Source: Poseidonia sp. (GTDB lineage Archaea; Thermoplasmatota; Poseidoniia; Poseidoniales; Poseidoniaceae). From it: a DNA stretch of 64,000 nucleotides. Position numbers and translations under genes: made by a program. The DNA lies in the NCBI GenBank assembly GCA_965661285.1, contig CBFIDD010000004.1, positions 1 through 64,000 on the forward strand. Direction: 5' to 3'. Shown here in pieces: positions 9,555 through 19,806 of the stretch. Position 1 is the first letter of the stretch; every line of letters starts with the position of its first letter. The notes under the pieces are model-generated. The model did not search any database, was not told where the DNA came from, and was given only the letters and a program-made list of their open reading frames with translations.

Positions 9555-11570
9555 TCAGGACGTGTGAGCGACATGCCAGGCAAACAGCTGGTGTTCCTCC
9601 ACCCAATCGAGGTAGGCCTTCCACGTTCCATCATGACGAAGTGTCGTGGGGTTGCCAAGAAGAATCAGCCCTCGCTTCGCTCGCGTGATGGCGACGTTAA
9701 GACGACGATAATCGGCGAGGAAACCCACCTCACCCCGCTCGTTGGCTCGCACGGTGGAGAACACGATGACCTCCTTCTCACGTCCTTGATAGCCGTCAAC
9801 GCTCTTGATTTCCAAGCCGGCATAGGGCTGCCCGGCTTCGCGTCCGCCCGCCATCTCAAACAACTGAGCGAGGACGCGCACCTGTCCGTTGTAGGGAGAG
9901 ATGACGCCGATGTCTTGGGGTTGAAGGTCGCCCATGGCCAGCAAATCGTTGACAACGCTCAGTACCTTGGCCGCCTCGTCTCGGTTTGAACGGCTTTTGC
10001 CTTCCTCATCGGTTTCTTCCACGCCCTCAACCGGGACGAACGCCATCGGACGGTCCCAATCGGGCCACAAAAAGCCGGCTGGAGGCGGTCGCTGGGCGGA
10101 GTTGCAGCCGTCTTCAAGTCGGTTTTCATAGAAACGGGCACTCGGAAATTCGCGCAAAATCGGGTGCATGCGATACTGGGTGGTCAACATAGCCGATTCC
10201 AGCCCGCAGGCGATGAGCCGGTCAAACAGGGACCGATTCAGCCCGCCTTGTTCGGCCCGTCGGCTGAGCACGGTGGGTGGAAGTTGCTGATGGTCCCCGA
10301 CGAGGATGAGTTGCCGGCAACCTTTGACGATGGGCACCAACGCACTGGGTTCGGTGGCCTGCGTGGCTTCGTCCATCAGGACGATGGGGAATTTACGGGA
10401 TTCGAGCAGACGATGACCGCAACCGATGGTGGTTGCACAGATCACCTCGGCTTCGTCGAGAACGCTGGCCGTCATGGCATCTTCCATGCGACGGATTTCT
10501 TTCTGATTGATGTTGATATCACGATGCATCAAGCCCTTTTCTCGGCCTTTGAGCGAAGGAAGCGCTTTCCGTAATTCCCGTTGCTCGTCCTGCAAAAAAG
10601 CCAGTTCCTCCTGCATCGGATGATTTTCCAAAACGGCATCAAGCGTGGCAGAACGTAGCGATTCACGGACCTTGACCGGGCGACCGATGCGCAAGGCCTT
10701 GACGCCCAAATCCAACAAGCCCTCCAGCAGGTTATCCACCGCGACGTTGGATTCCGCAGTGGCCAACAGCGGTCCGCTGCCCTGCATGGCCAACCGATGG
10801 AGCAGGTGCGTGGCCGTTGTCGTTTTCCCGGTACCTGGCGGGCCTTGAATCAAGGTCAATCGACGCGACAGGGCCGATTCGATGGCGGCCTGTTGTGATG
10901 CATTGAGGTGTTTGTGAGACGGCACCGGTCCTCGCTGCTGAAGCCGCCCTCGGATATCGGGAGAAAGTTCAGCGCTCTGGTTGATGTTGAGGACGTTGCC
11001 CAGCAACAATTCCCGCAGAACCGTTCCACCGTCGCCTTCCGTGGAATGAAAGGCGACAAGCGCCTGGTGCATGCGGTCGTGCGCCACACGATTGGCACCG
11101 CGGTCAAGGCGCCAGCCTCCTTTTCGAACGTCCCGAGGGCGTTCGCTGACCACCACGCGCAATCGGGTTGGTCCGCGGTCGAGGACCACGCCCTCAACCA
11201 CCTTTTCTCCCCAAGGTCGGGAGCGGGAGATGAGAACGATGTCCCCGTGAGAGAACCGATGCTCTGGAAGACGTCCGTTGTCCTGCGCTTCAAACACCAC
11301 GATGTCATCGCCAAAAAATCGGCCCTGCGTGCGCGCTTTGAGGTCGAACAGCGAGACGCCAGCCATCACCAGTCGCTGTTTGGACCATGTTTTCCATCGC
11401 TCTTCAACGAGTTGCGTCTCGTCGTCGAGTTCTTGTCGAATGAGGTCCGTCATGGTGGTGAAATGGTCTTGGCTCCGTCGCCAAACATCGGGAGCGGGTT
11501 CGCCCTTGGCCATGGGCGGTTCGGGTCCGCTGGCGCTGTTCATGCGCTTCACCGAGCCCTTTCGCGCCAT
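9555..11570 (-). CDS. Superfamily 1 helicase, Upf1/IGHMBP2-like
   Basis: LNASQ, IQGPPGTGKT, SNVAVDNL, DEATQ, LVGDHQQLPP, QYRMHP, SVDGYQGREK, RRLNVAITRAK. Confidence 0.95.
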   Translation of the reverse strand: MARKGSVKRMNSASGPEPPMAKGEPAPDVWRRSQDHFTTMTDLIRQELDDETQLVEERWKTWSKQRLVMAGVSLFDLKARTQGRFFGDDIVVFEAQDNGRLPEHRFSHGDIVLISRSRPWGEKVVEGVVLDRGPTRLRVVVSERPRDVRKGGWRLDRGANRVAHDRMHQALVAFHSTEGDGGTVLRELLLGNVLNINQSAELSPDIRGRLQQRGPVPSHKHLNASQQAAIESALSRRLTLIQGPPGTGKTTTATHLLHRLAMQGSGPLLATAESNVAVDNLLEGLLDLGVKALRIGRPVKVRESLRSATLDAVLENHPMQEELAFLQDEQRELRKALPSLKGREKGLMHRDININQKEIRRMEDAMTASVLDEAEVICATTIGCGHRLLESRKFPIVLMDEATQATEPSALVPIVKGCRQLILVGDHQQLPPTVLSRRAEQGGLNRSLFDRLIACGLESAMLTTQYRMHPILREFPSARFYENRLEDGCNSAQRPPPAGFLWPDWDRPMAFVPVEGVEETDEEGKSRSNRDEAAKVLSVVNDLLAMGDLQPQDIGVISPYNGQVRVLAQLFEMAGGREAGQPYAGLEIKSVDGYQGREKEVIVFSTVRANERGEVGFLADYRRLNVAITRAKRGLILLGNPTTLRHDGTWKAYLDWVEEHQLFAWHVAHTS

Positions 11571-11685
11571 GACGTTACCACGGACGGGCCCCTCATCATC
11601 CTATGGATGAAGATTGAAGCGTTGTGTGCCCGACAAACCCGCATTCTTAAACCGAGTTTCTGCGGCCGTAGGGTTGGGTGAGTTG

Positions 11686-12861
11686 ATGTTTGGTCGCAAG
11701 AAGAAGGACAATGACGCCATTGGCGTGAAGTGTCCGTACTGCGAGTACAACAATCCGTTGGGGTCAGAAACCTGCGAACAGTGCTATTACGCGCTCAACA
11801 AATCTGCGCGTGAACAACCGATGGCTGAGCCCTCCACCTCGGGCGAGGAAATCATGAGCCTGCTGCTGGGCGATAACGAGGAATTCGAAGACACCGGCCC
11901 GGTGGTCGAAGCGGTGCTGGCCATGGACGATATGACCGTGGAGGTTGACCAGTATTCGACCGCTGGACCGGCACAGAACGAGGAGGGTGAAGACATGCCG
12001 GAATCGTTTGATTTCATTGGCAGTGAAGGGCCAACCCTGTCTTCGACGATCGAATCAACCGAGGCGGACGAGGTTGAACTGACGGCGGCGGATGCGCCAG
12101 AGACCTATGTTGAGTTTGACCTCGGTAGCGTCGACCCGCTGGCGGAAGTGGCCGAGCCCGTTCACACCGGACGCGGGGCACTCTATTCACCAACGGTACC
12201 AAGCCCGAAGGACGACGATTTGCTCGGCGATGTGGGCCCCGCACCGAACGCCACGCCCGACCTGCCCGACCTGCCCGGTGAAGAAGCCCTCACGGACGGT
12301 GCGAGCCTCGCCCAAGCCGCGGCAAGTGAGACGCCCGAATTCCCTGTGCCCGCTCAAGCGGTTGCGACTCCTGCAGCTGCGCAAGTTCCTGAGGCCACCC
12401 CACCTCTCCAAACGACCGAGCCCCCCACGCCTGACCTGCCCGACTTGCCCGACCTGCCCGGTGAAGAGGCGGCCGTTCCAGACCTTCCAGGCGACGAGCC
12501 ACCTGCAACAACGATGGCCGAACCCGCGCCCGCACCTGCGCCTGAACCCGAGGCCGCCCCTCAGCACGACGACCGTATCTGGCCGTGGCCCAAGGCGGAG
12601 GCGTGGACACCCACCCAAGTCTACCAAGAGGTCGTGACGGCCATGGAACACGTGAAGCACGGCCGCATGGAAGCCGCAGCCAACACGCTCGACGCCCTCG
12701 GACCTCACCTTGACGACCATCTCGACATGCTGCTTCACATCGCCGTCCTGTTGCAGCATCTGGGCCGACAGGAGCACATGAAGTGGACCTTGGACATGGC
12801 AGCCTATGTGCATCCCAACGACGCACATGTGCTCCAGGCGCGCTCTCGACTCTTGGTATGA
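11686..12861 (+). CDS. Hypothetical protein: N-terminal zinc ribbon, acidic/Pro-rich linker, C-terminal TPR-like helices
   Basis: CPYC...CEQC, repeated PDLPDLPGEE, helical C-terminus. Start re-assigned to MFGRKKK after a GGTGA SD-like site. Confidence 0.75.
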   Translation: MFGRKKKDNDAIGVKCPYCEYNNPLGSETCEQCYYALNKSAREQPMAEPSTSGEEIMSLLLGDNEEFEDTGPVVEAVLAMDDMTVEVDQYSTAGPAQNEEGEDMPESFDFIGSEGPTLSSTIESTEADEVELTAADAPETYVEFDLGSVDPLAEVAEPVHTGRGALYSPTVPSPKDDDLLGDVGPAPNATPDLPDLPGEEALTDGASLAQAAASETPEFPVPAQAVATPAAAQVPEATPPLQTTEPPTPDLPDLPDLPGEEAAVPDLPGDEPPATTMAEPAPAPAPEPEAAPQHDDRIWPWPKAEAWTPTQVYQEVVTAMEHVKHGRMEAAANTLDALGPHLDDHLDMLLHIAVLLQHLGRQEHMKWTLDMAAYVHPNDAHVLQARSRLLV

Positions 12862-12871
12862 GGTGAACTGC

Positions 12872-13441
12872 ATGGTGGTGACCCCCGAACTTCCTGTGAG
12901 CGACGACCTCGTGCTCCGACCTGCGGCCAACGCCATCCTCGTGGCCATGTTTGACGCGTATCACGAGGACCCGGAAGCCGCTCAAGCAGCGTTGCCGTGG
13001 CTGAATCCCAACGAGGATGTTCGCCGCCAACTTCGCGACATGCTCTACGATATCGAAGCACAAAACGGAAACGACAGCCTCCACTTTTGGTCCATTCACG
13101 CCTCCGAAAGCAACGAGTTTGTCGGCCTCATCGGGTTGGGCGATGAATTGCAATCCCTGCATGCGGATTTCAACCTCGGCTACTGGGTGCGTCGTGCGTA
13201 CCGACGGAAGGGCACGGCGACCGGCTGCGTGAATGCTATTTTCAACTGGTTGTCCGAACGAACCACAAAGACGACGGTGGAAATCGCCGTTCACCCTCAC
13301 AACGACGCCGGGCTGGCGACAGCTGAGGCCATCTGCTCCGCATGGAACGGCGAGCGACTTCCCGAATTCATTGGCATCGAGTTCAACGAACGCACCGTCC
13401 CCCACCACCTCCACCTTGTTGACCTTGGTCCGGAGGCCTGA
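12872..13441 (+). CDS. GNAT N-acetyltransferase, RimJ/RimL type
   Basis: LVLRP, FVGLIGL, LGYWV..YRRKGTAT, HPHN.A; GAGGTGA SD upstream. Confidence 0.88.
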   Translation: MVVTPELPVSDDLVLRPAANAILVAMFDAYHEDPEAAQAALPWLNPNEDVRRQLRDMLYDIEAQNGNDSLHFWSIHASESNEFVGLIGLGDELQSLHADFNLGYWVRRAYRRKGTATGCVNAIFNWLSERTTKTTVEIAVHPHNDAGLATAEAICSAWNGERLPEFIGIEFNERTVPHHLHLVDLGPEA

Positions 13442-13442
13442 C

Positions 13443-14240
13443 ATGCCAACCTGGTTCACGGTCGACACCGATGATTTCCGGCATCTGCCCGTCCACCAAG
13501 GCCATCCCACCAGAAGCAGAGAACGGTACACCGGACCAACAGACGAACTCTCGGAGAGGTTTCAATCCGGATGGTCAAACATGCTCTCGTGGATGGCCGG
13601 TCACGATGCTGCCGTCACGCTCTTTGTGATCACCGACCTGCTCGAGATCAAAACCTTTGCAACGATGCTGAAGTCAGCGCTTGAACGGTTTCCTCAGCGG
13701 CTCACCGTGGGATGTCACGGCCATACGCATCGTTCCTGGTCGGCGTGGGGTGAAGACAACGACGGATTTGAGACGATGTTGGACACCTCAACCGCCCTTC
13801 TCAACGCTCACGCTGGGGCTGCATTCCGTCCATATTTTCGAGCACCCAGCGGCTACATCGCGCCGTGGATGGCCGCCTCCCTCGCCAAGAAGGGGTACAC
13901 GGTGGATTCCTCGGTGAACCCTTCCTGGTTGGTGAAGGCGAAGGCGGGGGGTGCGACATGGGGAGCGGTGAACTCGGCGATGGCGCAGGCAGGGCTCGTG
14001 GAGCGCCCGTGGCTCACGCGCTGGGGCCTTCCCGTCAACGGACCGGCCTTGTTTCGGTTTCCACTCTCGGTTCTCGCCAAAGGTGCGTGGACCAAGCTCC
14101 CTCGGCTCATGAAAGCGGCTGACTTGCCGATGGTTGAGCGCGCAGAAGAAGACGTGACCACCGTGTACTGTCATGTTCTCGACTTCGCACGGAAGAACGG
14201 TGGTTGGACGCCCCCGCTTCAGGGGCATAGAGCAAAGTAA
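13443..14240 (+). CDS. Polysaccharide deacetylase family (CE4-like)
   Basis: FTVDTDD, TLFV, GCHGHTH, FRAPSG, DSS. Confidence 0.85.
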   Translation: MPTWFTVDTDDFRHLPVHQGHPTRSRERYTGPTDELSERFQSGWSNMLSWMAGHDAAVTLFVITDLLEIKTFATMLKSALERFPQRLTVGCHGHTHRSWSAWGEDNDGFETMLDTSTALLNAHAGAAFRPYFRAPSGYIAPWMAASLAKKGYTVDSSVNPSWLVKAKAGGATWGAVNSAMAQAGLVERPWLTRWGLPVNGPALFRFPLSVLAKGAWTKLPRLMKAADLPMVERAEEDVTTVYCHVLDFARKNGGWTPPLQGHRAK

Positions 14241-14261
14241 GGCGGGCGGTCTGCTCACCCC

Positions 14262-14621
14262 ATGACCACCGTCAACTTCACCGAGAAATTCAACCTCTTT
14301 TCGGACCACTGGTCGCCCAAAGTCATCGCCGAAATGAACGACTATCAGTTCAAACTCGTCAAAATTCAAGGCGAGTTTGTCTGGCACGACCACGGCCACA
14401 CCGACGAGGTGTTCATCGTCATCGAAGGCAGCATGGGGATTGAATTTGAAGACCGTACCATCACGCTGAACGCAGGCGAGATGCACGTCGTTCCTCGAGG
14501 CACACGGCACAAGCCCTTTGCCGAACACGAATGCAAGGTCCTGCTCGTCGAGCCCTGTGGCGTGGTCAACACCGGCAAAGCCGGGAGCGAATTGACCGCT
14601 GAGAACGACGTTTGGATTTGA
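14262..14621 (+). CDS. Cupin domain protein
   Basis: [38 protein letters not shown]. Confidence 0.92.
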   Translation: MTTVNFTEKFNLFSDHWSPKVIAEMNDYQFKLVKIQGEFVWHDHGHTDEVFIVIEGSMGIEFEDRTITLNAGEMHVVPRGTRHKPFAEHECKVLLVEPCGVVNTGKAGSELTAENDVWI

Positions 14622-14626
14622 GCGGT

Positions 14627-15964
14627 TCAGTGTTGCTCAACGATGCGTTTGTACACCGCTCCGCTCTGTCGGAGTGTTCGCTCTTGCGTCTCAAAATCAA
14701 CGTGATGGAGTCCAAATCGCATGGCGTAGCCCTCGGCCCATTCGAAGTTGTCCAGCAGCGACCAGTGGTGATACGAACGGATGTCGTAGCCATCGCGCAG
14801 GGCGTTGGAAAGCACCCAGAGATGCCTCTGCAGGTGCTCCTCGCGCAGGGCGTCTCCGGCGTCGGCCACCCCGTTTTCGGTGATCTCAATGGGCACCCCA
14901 AGAGGAGCGAGAAATTCCACGGCCCTGCGAAGCCCTTCGGCATACATGGGATAGCCAAAATCGGTGGCCACTTCCTGACGACGCTTGGGGAACTTCATCT
15001 TCAGCAGCGAGACCGAAGCGGGGCCCACCAATACATGCGTGTAGTAGTTCAGGCCCACGAAATCCAAGGTGCCTTTGGCTTCAGGTACGTCGTTGAAAAA
15101 CATCTTCCCGTTCTGAATTCCCCTCCGCCAGGCGCCGTTCCAGAACCACTCCAGCAGACGTGCAAGCGGCCAGTCAAACGGACTCCACCGATTCTTCGGG
15201 TCGAAGAGCGTGACGTTCTTCGCCACCCCAAATTGAAGTTCGGGGTGTTTGGGTTTGAGCGCATTGTAGACCGTCCCGTGAGCGTACAACAGGTTCCGCA
15301 TCACCCGCAGCGTCGTCGGAATGGAGCGCCGACCGGGGGGGAACATCCCGAGAGTGTAGCCCATGGTTGAGAACACCGTCGGTTCGTTGACGGTCACCCA
15401 CGTCTGAACTCGCTCCGCTAGAGCGTCCACCACCCGCTCGCAATAGGCAGCAAAGGCTGGGATGTTCGCTCGGTCTGCAAACCCGCCCTTCGCCTCCCAC
15501 CAGTCGGGGTGGGTGAAGTGGTGCAGGGTCACAACCGGCCGAATGCCACGTTCAAGGAGATCGTCCACCATCTCGGAATAGACGGCCAAGGCCGCTTCGT
15601 CCCATGCGCCTTCGGTGGGCTCCAAACGGCTCCATTCGATGGAGAACCGGTAGGAGGTCATGCCGAGGTCGGAGAGGAGCTGGAAGTCGTCCCGCCACCT
15701 GTTCCAATGGTCGCACGCCGCTCCACTCGCTTCAAGACCCTTGGCCGCCTCGTGGACCGTCCAGTTATTCGAGAGATGGCCTTCGACTTGATGGGCAGCT
15801 GTGGCCGTGCCCCAGTGGAAGCCTTCGGGGAAGTGCACATCGTCCAGGTTGACGGTCGCCCAGTCCTCGTGCGGCTCAGGGTATTTGCGGCGCCGGTAGG
15901 TGATGAGCGTCACCTTGAACACCACAAATGCAGCCAAGGCTGCCACCAACAGGCGTTCCCACAT
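14627..15964 (-). CDS. Glycoside hydrolase family 1 (beta-glucosidase) with an N-terminal membrane anchor
   Basis: WGTATAAHQVEG, RFSIEWSR, TLHHF, TVNEP (acid/base), ITENG (nucleophile), DNFEWAEG; hydrophobic N-terminus. Confidence 0.95.
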   Translation of the reverse strand: MWERLLVAALAAFVVFKVTLITYRRRKYPEPHEDWATVNLDDVHFPEGFHWGTATAAHQVEGHLSNNWTVHEAAKGLEASGAACDHWNRWRDDFQLLSDLGMTSYRFSIEWSRLEPTEGAWDEAALAVYSEMVDDLLERGIRPVVTLHHFTHPDWWEAKGGFADRANIPAFAAYCERVVDALAERVQTWVTVNEPTVFSTMGYTLGMFPPGRRSIPTTLRVMRNLLYAHGTVYNALKPKHPELQFGVAKNVTLFDPKNRWSPFDWPLARLLEWFWNGAWRRGIQNGKMFFNDVPEAKGTLDFVGLNYYTHVLVGPASVSLLKMKFPKRRQEVATDFGYPMYAEGLRRAVEFLAPLGVPIEITENGVADAGDALREEHLQRHLWVLSNALRDGYDIRSYHHWSLLDNFEWAEGYAMRFGLHHVDFETQERTLRQSGAVYKRIVEQH

Positions 15965-16075
15965 GGTGGACCAATTGTCGGTTCTCCCCTTTGTAGTTGG
16001 GTTTCAACCCCACATAGGGTTTCCAGGCCGCCAAGCGCACGAGGTGCGTTCTGCTCCCTCAGTTTCGCCTGATGA

Positions 16076-19000
16076 TCAAGCAAAGGGCTGGAGGATAACC
16101 ACGGTTCCGCTGACTTCGTGGGCCACCACGAGCATGGCTGCACCGTTGGGGCTGTCAGCCGCCGAGATGAAGTCCAAGCCCTCTGGGCTCACATGGTCAG
16201 GGAGGTAGATGTACTGGTCGAACACCGGTGCGGTTGGATCGCTCACGTCGTAGACGAGGATGCCGCCGGCTCGCTCGAGACCCACAAAGGCGTAGGTCTT
16301 TCCGAACATCTCACCGACGACGACGCCTTCAGGCTCTGCGCCTTTGTCGTCGTTTCGCTTCTGCGTGTAGCTGTTGATGTATTCGCCTTGAGAGACCATC
16401 AGGGCACTGATGCTGTCACCGCTGTCCCACACCAAGGCGCCGTTGCTGTCCCAGATACTGAAGGAACGGGTGCCGTAGGAACAGATGAAGTCCAAGTCGC
16501 CATCGCCATCGGTGTCGCCACAGTTGTTCGCCGTGGTGGTCTTCAACCGACCGAGGGCTTCCTTGTCGAGCAGGTCGGCTTCGTCGGGGAAGACGGTGTC
16601 GTCAAGGTCAAGGTCGTCAAGACGGACCTCCTCGGAGTAGGCAAGACACCCGTCATCCTCATCGTATTCCAAACCGCCAGCGGCCGTACAAGCTGCCTCA
16701 TCAGCAACATCGAACCAGTAATCACGGGCATCGCCTTCGTTGGCGGTCACGTAGTAGCTGTTGCCACCAACCGAGAAGGTTGAGATAGCATCGGGCTGGT
16801 ACATGCCGTAGATGTTCGAGTAAGAGGCGAGGTTGACGCCGTCGTCCTTGTCAGAGAAATCGTACATGCCGAGGCTGTAATCCTTCATGCCCATGGCGAC
16901 AATATCGGTCACGGTCAGGGTGCTCAAGTCAACCTTCGCAAACGCGTTGTTTTCTTGAAGCACCACCATGGCGTGGGTGCCGTCGGGGCTCACGGCGATG
17001 TACTCGGGCTCCAAATCCTGGCTGAGGTTGGCGTTGGGGCCGAACATCCGAACCCCTTCGGTGGCCAACGTGGCGCGCTGGCTCTCAAAGGCGTTGAAGT
17101 TGATTTGAGTCACGTCACTCTGGCTGAGGGTCGAGGCGTCGCCGCCCGAGAGGTCGACGTACGACAGGGTGCCTTCGGGGTCGATGGTGTACATGTCGTT
17201 GGGTTCGCCTTCGTTGGCCACAAGCACGCCGTTTCCGTTCGGAGTGAAGGTCAGCATGTCGGGAAGCGCGCCAGCGATCACGGTGGAGACAAGGTTTCCG
17301 TCGATGTCGAAGAACATCACGTGTCCAGCATCCTGCTTGCTCATGCCTGAGCCCTCATCGCCGACACCGGCGACGGCCACAGCGACCAGTCCGTTATGGA
17401 CGTCCACGCTGTTGGGTTCACCGTTGGTGATGGTGAGGCGGTGCACGAGGTAAGGGTCGGTTGGATCGGACATATCCAAGATATCAATGGATCCCGAGAC
17501 GGCGTTCACAACGAAGCTGCGATCGCTTCCAGCATCGTAAGCAGAAATCTCACTTGCGCCTTCGCCCAATCCGCTGTCGTACTCGCCGACAAGCGTCCAG
17601 TGGACATCAGAATCACCCATGACGTTGAGCTGGTGCTCACAACTGATGGCGAGGTGTGCGCCGGTGTCCGATGCCAAGCAGGGTTGGTCGTCGCCAGGGG
17701 CGTCAGAGGGGACGCTTTGATGAACGGGGCTGATGATGGCAATGGTTCCGGACACTTCGTTGGCGACCAACAACAACGGTTGGTTGGTGGGGCTGTCGGA
17801 TGCGTCAACGAAGGTCAAGCCTTCAGGGCTCACGTGGTTTGAGAAGGTGATGTACTGGTCAAACATGGCTCGAGCGGGGTTGGTCAGGTCGTAGACCATG
17901 ACGCCGCCTGCTCGCTCTAGGCCAAGGAAGGCGTAGTCCGTGCCACCATAGGAACCCGTTGTGACGCCCTCAGGCTCTGCGCCCTTGTCGTCGTTGCGTG
18001 AAGCCGTGTAGCTGTTGATGTATTCGCCGTATGTTTGGGTCAGATGGGAGATTTGGTCGCCGGTGTCAAACACCAATTCGCCATTTGCATCCCAAATGGT
18101 CATGGAGCGGGCCCCGTAGCCAATGATCTCTTCGTGCTCACCATCGCCGTCGTGGTCGCCGTCAGCGATGCTGACCTTGAGGCGACCAAGGTTCTCGTCC
18201 TTTTGCAACTCTTCGATGTCGGCTGAATCGTAGCCGCGTTCTGCCCAGTAGGTCGCGTTGAGCGTCAAGTCATCAGCGCGGTCTTCGTCGGTGTATCCCG
18301 GTGTTCCTTCATATTCTCGTCCGTCGCCTTCGTTGGCGGTCACGATGTAGTCTTCTCCACCGGAGTTGAACAGGGAAATAGCGTCTGGCATGTACATCGA
18401 GGATACAGGTTGCCCACAGGTGAACTCGACACCGTCGTCCTTGTCAGAGAAATCGTAGCAGCCTTCGGAGTAATCCTTGGTACCAAGGGCAACAATCGAG
18501 TCCAATTGCATGTCTTCCAAATCAACAATACCGAAGGCGTTGTTTTCTTGGAAGGCGATGTAAGCGGTCGAGTCATCGGTTGAAACAGCGATGTACTCGG
18601 GCTCGAGGTCTTGGGCAACGGTGGAGCTGCCTGGGTTGGCATACAAGCGCACACCTGCGTCGATCAAGGCCGCTCGCTGGTTGTTGAATGACGTGAAGTC
18701 AATCTGAGTGACGGTGCCCGAGGCGACCTCGACAACGGTGATCGATCCTTCGGGGTCAACATCGTAATCGTCGTTGGGCTGGCCTTCGTTGGCGGAAAGA
18801 ATGTAGTCACCGCTGTGGGTGAATGTTACCATGTCAGGAAGGACACCGGCCTCGTAAGCGTTGAGGAAGACACCAGCCGTGGAGTAGGTCAGGATGTGGC
18901 CTTCCTCCATGTCATCGGACCCGTTGGCCACCGCCATAGCGACGATGCCGTTGCTGATGGCGATGCTGTTTGGTTCACCGTAAGAAGACACATCGATGGT

Positions 19001-19714
19001 TTGGATGTGGGAGGGGGCGTGGGGGTTGTCGAGAGAAATCATGTCCACTGATGAGTCAACTGCGTTCACGTAGAAGGCGGTGTTAGAGGCTGCGTCGTAG
19101 GTCACGATTTCTGCGTATCCTTCGCATTCATCCTCGCCCATGTCGCATCCCTCTGGGGCGGCGTGGAAGCTGCCGATCTCAACCCACGTAAGCATCGATG
19201 AGCCGTGGTGGCGGAATGTCAGCGATGAACCGCAATCAACGATGGTGGAGTACTGGGAGTCGTGCAGCGCTTGGTCGGAACAGCCGGTGGCGTCAGCACC
19301 GTCAGCGCCGTCTGCACCGTCAGCGCCGTCAGCACCGTCTGCGCCGTTGGAACCGTCTGCGCCGTCAGCACCGTTTGAGCCGTCAGCACCGTCAGCACCG
19401 TCAGCACCGTTGGAACCGTCTGCACCATCAGCACCGTTGGAACCGTCTGCACCGTTGGAGCCATCAGCGCCGTTGCAGGCGGATTGCGTGGTCGTGATCT
19501 CCGAAGTAGAAAGGACGCCATCGCCATCGGTGTCCAAACCGGTGTGAATCAATGTCCCTCCGTTCGCACAATCGGAGGTGCTTGCGGCTTCGAGCGACAC
19601 GAGCGTGATGTCTACATCACTGGATTCGTTGTCGTCGTCGCCTCCAAGGCACCCAGCAAGTGTGGTGGAGGTCAACAATAGGGCGGTTAACAAAAGAGCA
19701 ACATTTCTTCGCAT
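16076..19714 (-). CDS. Large surface lipoprotein with collagen-like linker and two tandem choice-of-anchor-I-type (alkaline-phosphatase-associated) beta-propeller domains
   Basis: Start re-assigned to MRRNVALLL; LAGC lipobox; CANGG..I.TGLD.DGDG.L module. Two copies each of LPDM.TF, ANEG.PND, LEPEYIAV, TANEGD.R, RNDDKGAEPEGV, GLERAGG and SPEGL.F. Confidence 0.85.
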   Translation of the reverse strand: MRRNVALLLTALLLTSTTLAGCLGGDDDNESSDVDITLVSLEAASTSDCANGGTLIHTGLDTDGDGVLSTSEITTTQSACNGADGSNGADGSNGADGADGSNGADGADGADGSNGADGADGSNGADGADGADGADGADGADATGCSDQALHDSQYSTIVDCGSSLTFRHHGSSMLTWVEIGSFHAAPEGCDMGEDECEGYAEIVTYDAASNTAFYVNAVDSSVDMISLDNPHAPSHIQTIDVSSYGEPNSIAISNGIVAMAVANGSDDMEEGHILTYSTAGVFLNAYEAGVLPDMVTFTHSGDYILSANEGQPNDDYDVDPEGSITVVEVASGTVTQIDFTSFNNQRAALIDAGVRLYANPGSSTVAQDLEPEYIAVSTDDSTAYIAFQENNAFGIVDLEDMQLDSIVALGTKDYSEGCYDFSDKDDGVEFTCGQPVSSMYMPDAISLFNSGGEDYIVTANEGDGREYEGTPGYTDEDRADDLTLNATYWAERGYDSADIEELQKDENLGRLKVSIADGDHDGDGEHEEIIGYGARSMTIWDANGELVFDTGDQISHLTQTYGEYINSYTASRNDDKGAEPEGVTTGSYGGTDYAFLGLERAGGVMVYDLTNPARAMFDQYITFSNHVSPEGLTFVDASDSPTNQPLLLVANEVSGTIAIISPVHQSVPSDAPGDDQPCLASDTGAHLAISCEHQLNVMGDSDVHWTLVGEYDSGLGEGASEISAYDAGSDRSFVVNAVSGSIDILDMSDPTDPYLVHRLTITNGEPNSVDVHNGLVAVAVAGVGDEGSGMSKQDAGHVMFFDIDGNLVSTVIAGALPDMLTFTPNGNGVLVANEGEPNDMYTIDPEGTLSYVDLSGGDASTLSQSDVTQINFNAFESQRATLATEGVRMFGPNANLSQDLEPEYIAVSPDGTHAMVVLQENNAFAKVDLSTLTVTDIVAMGMKDYSLGMYDFSDKDDGVNLASYSNIYGMYQPDAISTFSVGGNSYYVTANEGDARDYWFDVADEAACTAAGGLEYDEDDGCLAYSEEVRLDDLDLDDTVFPDEADLLDKEALGRLKTTTANNCGDTDGDGDLDFICSYGTRSFSIWDSNGALVWDSGDSISALMVSQGEYINSYTQKRNDDKGAEPEGVVVGEMFGKTYAFVGLERAGGILVYDVSDPTAPVFDQYIYLPDHVSPEGLDFISAADSPNGAAMLVVAHEVSGTVVILQPFA
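19292..19471 (-). repeat. Collagen-like Gly-X-Y repeat (20 triplets of GAD/GSN)
   Basis: 9-bp periodic CCGTCAGCA/CCGTCTGCA repeats translate as uninterrupted GAD/GSN. Confidence 0.92.
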
Positions 19715-19806
19715 AGCAGTCTTACATCCGCCAGTAGAATCGTAGTTCTCTCCTAATTTCATTGAGAGGAATAGAGACCACAATAGTCTACTGGCACCCC
19801 AAGCGA

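Noticed and set aside
12187-13531. Long antisense ORFs here and elsewhere (e.g. 21024-21905, 24131-25174, 42996-44075, 57666-58766)
   Set aside because: These are stop-poor shadow frames of well-supported genes in GC-rich DNA and show no motifs.
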